Origin: Syntrophomonadaceae bacterium
GTDB taxonomy: Bacteria > Bacteroidota > Ignavibacteria > Ignavibacteriales > SURF-24
Direction: 5' to 3'
NCBI GenBank assembly: GCA_050259615.1
Contig: JBLNAZ010000056.1
Span: forward strand, 1,589 to 65,588
DNA length: 64,000 nt
Shown here: positions 57,703 through 64,000 of the stretch, piece by piece
Layout: each line of letters opens with the position of its first letter
Position numbering within the stretch: the stretch's first letter is position 1
Made by a program: the position numbers and the translations under genes
Notes under the pieces: model-generated
Database searches by the model: none
What the model was told of the DNA's origin: nothing
What the model saw: only the letters and a program-made list of their open reading frames with translations

Positions 57703-59334
57703 ATGTTAAATTATGTCTGGCTTGCTCTTATTGTACTGGGAATTGGGGTTGCAATAAGTACGGATTTAGTCGAAAAGAGTAATAATAAGTATCAGAATAA
57801 TACGCCTATTCCAGTCCGTATTCATTTCGATGAACCTTTCAGGAAAGATCTTTCAAAATCCTATAACGTCAGGCTTTCTGTCAGTCCGTCAGATTTCAGC
57901 AGATATTACAAGGAAAGTGTCAGTGGCGAAGTTGTGCAGACTGCTAAGGTAGGCTACGATAAAGATAAAAAAAATGCAACTCTCTTCCTTAGGACCGGCG
58001 ATGCAACTCCCAAGATCTGGAAACAGATGGCAAAGGTAACCGGAAAAGAAGACGATCTTAACGGCAGGGTTTATTTCTACAACATACAGGGTGATTCGGC
58101 TGCATCGGCAGGCGTTGTATTTGAGGAGGTTTCATTTGCTAAAATGAAGGACGTTACCTCCTCTGCATTAAGCTATGCAGGTACAGCAGTAAATATTGCT
58201 CTGGAACTTATCGGTATTATGGCTCTCTGGCTTGGTATTATGAAGATTGCTGAAGAGGCTGGGCTCATTACAATTATTGCACGTGCACTTAAACCTATTA
58301 CAAAATTCCTCTTCCCGGATGTACCTTCAGATCATCCGGCAATGGGTTCCATGATTATGAATATTTCAGCCAATATGCTGGGCCTTTCAAATGCCGCCAC
58401 TCCTTTCGGCCTTAAGGCAATGGAGGAACTCGACAAGCTCAATCCGAATAAGGGAACGGCTACAAACGCAATGTGTACTTTTCTTGCCGTTAACACCGCA
58501 GGCCTTACATTTATTCCTGCTACTGCAATTGCCATCAGGGCAGCCTCGGGAAGTTCCGACCCTGCAATTATAATCGGCACCTCTGTTTTCGGCGCACTAT
58601 GTGCTACAATAGTCGGTGTTACTTCGGCAAAGATTATGGAGAAGTTCCCCGTAAGGAAAGGTGAGGCAAATGAATGGTTCAGATCAAATGTTAAAGGCCT
58701 TGGCATCCTTTCCGGACTTGCAGTTTTAATTGCTCTTGTATTTGCTTTAGGAATTGCCCCTGCAATCGGTTCTGTTTTCAGCTTCATCAGCCCCGCTTTA
58801 TTTAAGGATGTTGTGCAGATTATTTCAATTCTTGCCATCCCGGGACTCATTCTGATTTTTGTCGGGTATGGATTTTTTAAGAAAGTAAAAGTATATGAGA
58901 AATTTATTGAAGGTGCCAAAGAGGGCTTTAACGTTGCTATTAGAATAATTCCGTACCTGGTTGGTATGCTTGTTGCGATCGGCATTTTCAGAGCAGGCGG
59001 AGCCATGGATTTTTTGATTTACATTATACGCCCTGTTACCGACCTTGTAGGCATGCCTGCTGAAGCATTGCCGATGGCTTTAATGCGCCCTCTTTCAGGA
59101 AGCGGTTCACTAGGCATTATGGCTGAAACCATTGCTGTTCACGGTCCCGATTCAATGATCGGCATACTGGTTTCAACGTTCTACGGCAGCTCGGAGACCA
59201 CGTTTTATGTACTGGCAGTTTATTTCGGATCTGTTGGTATTGCCAGAACAAGGCATGCACTCGCTGCAGGCCTGCTGGCTGATGTTGCCGGTGCTCTCGG
59301 TGCATTGTTTATTGTAAAACTATTATTTGGATAA
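57703..59334 (+). CDS. Nucleoside-recognition (Gate) domain membrane protein, fused SpmA/SpmB-like
   Basis: MLNYVWLALIVLGIGVA... and ...TAVNIALELIGIMALWLGIMKIAEEAGL are SpmA-like. ...GSGSLGIMAE and a second Gate-like half are SpmB-like. An insert of about 130 aa follows TM1. Confidence 0.75.
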   Translation: MLNYVWLALIVLGIGVAISTDLVEKSNNKYQNNTPIPVRIHFDEPFRKDLSKSYNVRLSVSPSDFSRYYKESVSGEVVQTAKVGYDKDKKNATLFLRTGDATPKIWKQMAKVTGKEDDLNGRVYFYNIQGDSAASAGVVFEEVSFAKMKDVTSSALSYAGTAVNIALELIGIMALWLGIMKIAEEAGLITIIARALKPITKFLFPDVPSDHPAMGSMIMNISANMLGLSNAATPFGLKAMEELDKLNPNKGTATNAMCTFLAVNTAGLTFIPATAIAIRAASGSSDPAIIIGTSVFGALCATIVGVTSAKIMEKFPVRKGEANEWFRSNVKGLGILSGLAVLIALVFALGIAPAIGSVFSFISPALFKDVVQIISILAIPGLILIFVGYGFFKKVKVYEKFIEGAKEGFNVAIRIIPYLVGMLVAIGIFRAGGAMDFLIYIIRPVTDLVGMPAEALPMALMRPLSGSGSLGIMAETIAVHGPDSMIGILVSTFYGSSETTFYVLAVYFGSVGIARTRHALAAGLLADVAGALGALFIVKLLFG

Positions 59335-59337
59335 AAC

Positions 59338-60291
59338 ATGAAAGTATTTATAACAAGAGAACTTCCCGGAAATGCTGTGGACCTTCTGGTTAAAAGCGGT
59401 TTTGACGTTGTTGTCTACGGAAAGGACCGCCAGATTTCCAGGCAGGAATTTATTAAGTATGCAAAAGATGCCGACGGCATAATCTCGCTGCTTTCAGATA
59501 AGCTTGACAGGGATATAATTTCGAACCTTAATAACTGTAAAGTAATTGCTAATTATGCTGTGGGCTATAACAACATAGACCTCAAAGCTGCAAAAGAGAA
59601 AAATATTGCAGTTACAAATACACCTGAGCTTTTGACCGATGCTACTGCTGAAATTGCAATATCACTCATGCTCGCCTGTTCAAGGCACATCGTTAAGGGC
59701 GACAATCTGGTGCGGGAAAATAAATTTACTGGCTGGGCTCCGAAGCTCCTGCTGGGAATTGAGCTTAGCGAAAAGACTTTCGGCCTTGCAGGAGCCGGAA
59801 GAATAGGCATGGCTGCAGCTTTGAGGGCTAAGGCTTTCGGGATGAAAATAATTTATTTCAGCAGATCCCGTAATGTATCGCTTGAAAAGGCAGCAGGGGC
59901 AAAAAAAGTCTCCTTAGAGAAGCTGATGAAAACTTCTGACGTGATTTCCCTGCATATGCCTCTGACTGAAAAAACAAAGAATCTTATTGATAAAGATCAC
60001 TTGCATTTAATGAAAGAGACTGCAATTTTAATTAACACTGCAAGAGGAGAAATCCTCGATGAAAAAGAACTGATAAAAATGCTGAAATCCGGGAGGATAT
60101 TTGCCGCCGGATTTGACGTATATGAGAATGAACCCCTGCTGAGCAAGGAACTGCTGAAATTGAAGAATGTGGTTTTGCTGCCGCACATAGGCAGTGCCAC
60201 ATTCGAGGCAAGAACAAAAATGGCTGAACTTTGCGCAAAAAATCTTATTAATGTATTGAAAGGGAGAAAACCTCTGACTCCGGTCATTTGA
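59338..60291 (+). CDS. D-isomer-specific 2-hydroxyacid dehydrogenase (glyoxylate/hydroxypyruvate reductase-like)
   Basis: The NAD-binding motif is GLAGAGRIGMA, followed by NTARG and LPHIGSAT. Confidence 0.8.
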   Translation: MKVFITRELPGNAVDLLVKSGFDVVVYGKDRQISRQEFIKYAKDADGIISLLSDKLDRDIISNLNNCKVIANYAVGYNNIDLKAAKEKNIAVTNTPELLTDATAEIAISLMLACSRHIVKGDNLVRENKFTGWAPKLLLGIELSEKTFGLAGAGRIGMAAALRAKAFGMKIIYFSRSRNVSLEKAAGAKKVSLEKLMKTSDVISLHMPLTEKTKNLIDKDHLHLMKETAILINTARGEILDEKELIKMLKSGRIFAAGFDVYENEPLLSKELLKLKNVVLLPHIGSATFEARTKMAELCAKNLINVLKGRKPLTPVI

Positions 60292-60431
60292 GTACCTTGT
60301 TTTTACTTTTCGCATATTAAATTAAGTTTTGTTTGGCCCCTCCGGCACTTCGGTGCCGGGGTGGCAATAGTTATTGTAATTGACTATCTTGCAGTAAAAA
60401 TTATACCAATAAACTTAAAAGAACACACCAC

Positions 60432-61553
60432 ATGAGAATAGGTATACCAAAAGAAACAATACTCGAAGAAAGACGAGTAGCTTTAGCACCTGCCGGTGTA
60501 GATGCATTGGTAAAGTCGGGGCATACTGTTTTTATTGAAAGCTGTGCCGGTGCCGGCAGCAATTTTTCCGATGAAGAGTACAGTAAGGTCGGGGCCAGTA
60601 TAGTTTACAGCGCAGAAGAGGTGTACAACAGGGCAGAACTTATTACAAAGATTGCCCCGCTTACAGAAGTTGAAGTCTCAATGCTTCAGGAAGATCAGAT
60701 CCTCTTTGGATTTCTGCACCTGGCAATTGGTAAAAGAAAAATTCTTGAGACACTTATTTCCAAAAAGGTTACTTCAATTGGCTTTGAGCTGATTGAAAAC
60801 GAGGAAAATCTGCCCGTTCTGCAGTCAATGAGTGAAATAGCAGGACAAATTGCAATTCAGGTGGCAGAACGCTACTTGGAAAGCAGCTCAAAAGTAAGCC
60901 GAGGTATTCTCCTTGGCGGTATTACTGGTGTTGCTCCAGCAGCTGTTGTAATTCTGGGTGCTGGTGTTGTTGGAACTAATGCAGCGCGCGCTGCACTGGG
61001 ACGCGGTGCACAGGTGATTATTCTGGATAAGGACCTTAACCGCTTAAAAAGAATTGACAATCTGTTCCAGAAAAGAGTTACTACTGTGGTTGCAAACCCG
61101 TACACTATTTCCAGAGGTGCCAAATTTGCAGATGTTCTTATTGGTGCTGTACTTATCAAGGGCGAAAAAACGCCTCACGTGGTTACTGAGGATATGGTTA
61201 AACAGATGAAAAAAGGCGCGGTTATTGTGGATGTATCCATAGACCAGGGAGGCTGCATCGAGACAAGCCATCCCACTACAATCTCTGATCCGGCCTTTGT
61301 TCAGCATGACGTTATACATTGCTGTGTTCCGAATCTGCCCGCTCTCGTTTCAAGAACCGCCAGCTATGGACTTACGAATGCCTCTTTGGAATATATACTG
61401 AGCATTGCTGATAACGGACTGTCGAATGCATTGCTGAGCGATTTGGGACTATCCAGGGGAGTTTGCACCTATAATGGATTTTGCTCAAATGAGAATATTG
61501 CCGAAGTGTTTAACGTAGAATACAGAAGACTTCACATTTTTTCAAAAAACTAA
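60432..61553 (+). CDS. ald: Alanine dehydrogenase
   Basis: Motifs present are MRIGIPKE....E.RVALAPAGV..LVK.GH.V..E..AG.GS.FSDEEY, ILGAGVVGTNAA and VDVSIDQGGC.ETS. Confidence 0.85.
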   Translation: MRIGIPKETILEERRVALAPAGVDALVKSGHTVFIESCAGAGSNFSDEEYSKVGASIVYSAEEVYNRAELITKIAPLTEVEVSMLQEDQILFGFLHLAIGKRKILETLISKKVTSIGFELIENEENLPVLQSMSEIAGQIAIQVAERYLESSSKVSRGILLGGITGVAPAAVVILGAGVVGTNAARAALGRGAQVIILDKDLNRLKRIDNLFQKRVTTVVANPYTISRGAKFADVLIGAVLIKGEKTPHVVTEDMVKQMKKGAVIVDVSIDQGGCIETSHPTTISDPAFVQHDVIHCCVPNLPALVSRTASYGLTNASLEYILSIADNGLSNALLSDLGLSRGVCTYNGFCSNENIAEVFNVEYRRLHIFSKN

Positions 61554-61566
61554 CAATACTTAATTT

Positions 61567-62919
61567 ATGTCATATGAAGATTTAAAAGTAGGGCAGATCA
61601 GAACTGCAAATTGGCTGAAAAATTATACCTCAAAGCTGATTTCAGCCGACGAGGCTGTTAAGGTTATTAAGTCAGGAGACAATATTGCTATTCAGCCTGG
61701 CTGTGCCGTTCCGATGGAACTGGTCAGGGCTATGGTTAGACGCAAGGATGATCTTGAAAATGTAAATATCTATCATATCCTTACTGTTGGACCCGTACCA
61801 TACCTGGAACCGGGTATGGAAAAGCACTTCAGGCATACGGCGTTTTTTATCGGCGGTAATTCAAGACAGGCGGTTAATGAAGGAAGGGCCGACTTTGTAC
61901 CCATATTTCTTTCCGAAGTCCCCCTTTTATTCAAGAACGGGGTCATTAAGCCGGATGTCGCCCTGATAAATGTTTCTCCTCCTGACGAACATGGCTTCTG
62001 CAGCTATGGCGTTGATGTGGGAACTATTAAAACTGCTGCTGAAAAGTCAAAGATCATTATTGCCCAGGTAAATAAAAATATGCCCAGAGCGCTCGGGGAC
62101 TGCTTTATTCACATAAATAAAATACATTATGTGGTTGAACACGATGAGGCTATACATGAACTACCGCAGGTGGATTCCGACGTGAACGAAGACACTCTGG
62201 CCATTTATAACAATATAGGGCATTATATTGCGGACCTTATTGAAGACGGCTCAACGCTTCAGCTGGGAATTGGAGCTATACCTGATGCCGTTTTAAGATT
62301 CATGAAGAACAAAAAAGACCTGGGAGTTCATACGGAAATGTTCTCTGACGGTATGATTGAACTGGTTGAAGAAGGCATTGTAAACAATGAAAAGAAAACC
62401 CTGCATCCCGGAAAAATCATTGCGGGATTTGTACTTGGAACAAAAAGGGCATTCGACTTTATAAACAATAATCCTATCGTGGAGTTTCATCCGCAGGAAT
62501 ATGTGAACGATCCGTTTATCATATCAAGAAATAATAAGATGGTTGCCATTAACTCGGCTATTGAGGTGGATATAACGGGACAGGTATGTGCAGATTCAAT
62601 TGGCACCAGGTTCTTTAGCGGAATAGGCGGTCAGGTGGATTTTATCCGTGGTGCCGCCCGCAGCGAAGGGGGAAAGCCGATTATTGCGCTGCCTTCAACG
62701 ACAAAGGATTTTAAGATTTCGCGTATTGTACCGGCATTAAAACCCGGAGCCGGTGTTGTAACTTCAAGGGGAGATGTGCATTATATAGTTACTGAATATG
62801 GAATTGCCCATCTTTATGGAAAATCTATCAGGGAAAGAGTTAAGGCTCTCATTAATATAGCGCACCCTGATTTCAGGGAAGATCTGTCGCGTTATGCCAG
62901 GGAAAACTTTAAGATATAA
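61567..62919 (+). CDS. Acetyl-CoA hydrolase/transferase family protein (4-hydroxybutyrate CoA-transferase-like)
   Basis: Motifs present are LQLGIGAIPDAVL, HTEMFSDG, INSAIEVDITGQV.ADS.G....SGIGGQVDF and VTEYG.A.L.G. Confidence 0.85.
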   Translation: MSYEDLKVGQIRTANWLKNYTSKLISADEAVKVIKSGDNIAIQPGCAVPMELVRAMVRRKDDLENVNIYHILTVGPVPYLEPGMEKHFRHTAFFIGGNSRQAVNEGRADFVPIFLSEVPLLFKNGVIKPDVALINVSPPDEHGFCSYGVDVGTIKTAAEKSKIIIAQVNKNMPRALGDCFIHINKIHYVVEHDEAIHELPQVDSDVNEDTLAIYNNIGHYIADLIEDGSTLQLGIGAIPDAVLRFMKNKKDLGVHTEMFSDGMIELVEEGIVNNEKKTLHPGKIIAGFVLGTKRAFDFINNNPIVEFHPQEYVNDPFIISRNNKMVAINSAIEVDITGQVCADSIGTRFFSGIGGQVDFIRGAARSEGGKPIIALPSTTKDFKISRIVPALKPGAGVVTSRGDVHYIVTEYGIAHLYGKSIRERVKALINIAHPDFREDLSRYARENFKI

Positions 62920-62922
62920 TGT

Positions 62923-63609
62923 ATGGTTGCAGTTATCGGCGATATTCACGGGTGTTTTTTTACGCTGGAAGCTCTGGTTAATAAACTCCGGGCCGGATAT
63001 CCGGATACTGAAATCTACTGCGTTGGTGATCTTGTTGACAGGGGGAAGAACAGTTTTGAGGCCGTCCAGTTTTTAATGGACAATAAAATTAAGTTTACTC
63101 CCGGAAATCACGATTACATGTTCTATGCTTATATCAGAGAGCCGGACAGCATGTTTGCCAGAGCCTGGGTTTATAACGGGAACGAGGCAACCCTCAGAAG
63201 TTATATGGATCATTTTGACAGTGTAATGAAACATATTGATTTTATTAAGGCTGCCCCTCTTTACTTTAATCTGGAAGATTGCTTTATTTCACATGCGGGC
63301 ATTTCTGAGCGTTACAAGAAGTATCTTCCTTCAAATCTGAGGGAGAACCTGGGATCACTTGATGAGCTCATTTACTGTGAGTATGAAAACGAAACCGGAG
63401 TCCTTTGGTCGAGAGAAAAACTGTTGAACCTGGGGAAAATTCAGGTCGTCGGGCATACAAAACAGCAGACTGTGAGATACGACACAAAATCAAACGCGTT
63501 ATATATTGATACCGGAGCCTGTATGGGGAACAAGCTCAGCGCAGCAGTAATACATCGCAACGAAGTTATTCAGATAGTCGAAGAACCTGCAAATTTTCAT
63601 GATATTTGA
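62923..63609 (+). CDS. Metallophosphoesterase (PPP-family Ser/Thr phosphatase / ApaH-PrpE-like)
   Basis: Motifs present are VIGDIHGC, GDLVDRG, GNHD and VVGHT. The start is 3 nt after the CoA-transferase stop. Confidence 0.75.
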   Translation: MVAVIGDIHGCFFTLEALVNKLRAGYPDTEIYCVGDLVDRGKNSFEAVQFLMDNKIKFTPGNHDYMFYAYIREPDSMFARAWVYNGNEATLRSYMDHFDSVMKHIDFIKAAPLYFNLEDCFISHAGISERYKKYLPSNLRENLGSLDELIYCEYENETGVLWSREKLLNLGKIQVVGHTKQQTVRYDTKSNALYIDTGACMGNKLSAAVIHRNEVIQIVEEPANFHDI

Positions 63610-64000
63610 AGAAAAAACGGTATTTTGGGACAAAAACGGCTCCCATTAGAAAAACAAAAGTATTCCCAAATTTTCAATTGACATTAAGCAAAATCTTAAG
63701 TTATTTAGCGCAACGATTTTTCACTGAAAGTTGGATGTTATGCTAATATTTATTGTACAAAACCAGTTGACTATAAAATTAAAATTAAATAATTTTTCTA
63801 CTAACTAATCAAGGAGGTTGTAAGGGAAAATTTTTACGTTCACTTTAACAGTTTTTAGGTAAAACAATAAAACCGAAATTTAAAAAAGTTTTACGGGAAA
63901 GCGCAAAACTCTTTCTCTTCTCAGTAACAGTTGCTTACTGCTTACTGGCAATCGGGTTTACTTCTCAGCATACGGTCGCCAATGAAAAATTATTGTTTGC

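Noticed and set aside
58332-59006. A 224-aa antisense ORF inside the Gate-domain membrane protein gene; it is the longest unexplained ORF in the track.
   Set aside because: It lies in the antisense frame whose third codon positions coincide with those of the sense gene, which is the classic shadow frame. The host region is rich in GCN/GGN/ATY codons that avoid stop complements. The product is low-complexity (Ala/Pro/Ile/Thr) with no SD or motif. The sense gene has clear family motifs.
63868-64000. An open frame at the right edge encoding a signal-peptide-like sequence (..KPKFKKVLRESAKLFLFSVTVAYCLLAIGFTSQ..). It lies downstream of a strong AAGGAGG at 63811.
   Set aside because: There is no ATG, GTG or TTG in frame; only ATA at about 63868. 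The AAGGAGG is followed by TTG-TAA. The frame runs off the window, so a gene call cannot be supported. It may be a real gene start with a miscalled or rare initiation codon.

Overview
This looks like a dense chromosomal core segment of about 58 protein genes. It is moderately AT-rich by eye. The proteins look FCB-group (Ignavibacteria/Bacteroidota-like). That lineage call is an inference from a CarboxypepD_reg-type TonB-dependent receptor, an LDH-like Mdh, many lipoprotein/OMP genes and a TAnnTTTG-like -7 box. I found no rRNA, tRNA, CRISPR array, transposase, integrase or prophage signature.

The centrepiece is a complete, tightly coupled dcw cluster at 28.4-44.8 kb: mraZ-rsmH-ftsL-ftsI-murE-murF-mraY-murD-ftsW-murG-[unknown 162 aa]-murC-ftsQ-ftsA-ftsZ. 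murB and ddl are not in it. A promoter and 10-bp-phased GTGGG boxes lie upstream of mraZ.

The flanks are mostly housekeeping:
- Left flank: argS (partial), rsfS, panD, a RidA-family gene, xseA-xseB-dxs, a PhoB/PhoR-like two-component pair, pgi, rplU-rpmA, mdh, tgt-yajC, ribBA and an agmatinase.
- Right flank: a fused SpmA/B-type membrane protein, a 2-hydroxyacid dehydrogenase, ald, a CoA-transferase and a metallophosphoesterase.

Most of the window is ordinary and I see no clear-cut new system. The candidates most worth a second look are gene linkages that known pathways do not explain:
1. A translationally coupled trio at 48.5-56.4 kb: a DUF4783-like secreted protein, a 1285-aa polytopic orphan histidine kinase and an 1188-aa UvrD/AddA-like helicase. 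The helicase carries a Cas4/AddB-type four-cysteine nuclease domain and has no AddB partner in the window.
2. A minus-strand operon at 17.5-21.8 kb that couples a cytoplasmic beta-CASP RNase-like enzyme to an FN3 lipoprotein and a 640-aa outer-membrane barrel. An orphan RsbW-like kinase follows it.
3. The unknown membrane protein wedged between murG and murC.
4. A GT-C glycosyltransferase plus DedA pair.

All functional calls come from reading motifs in the supplied translations. No database search was run.
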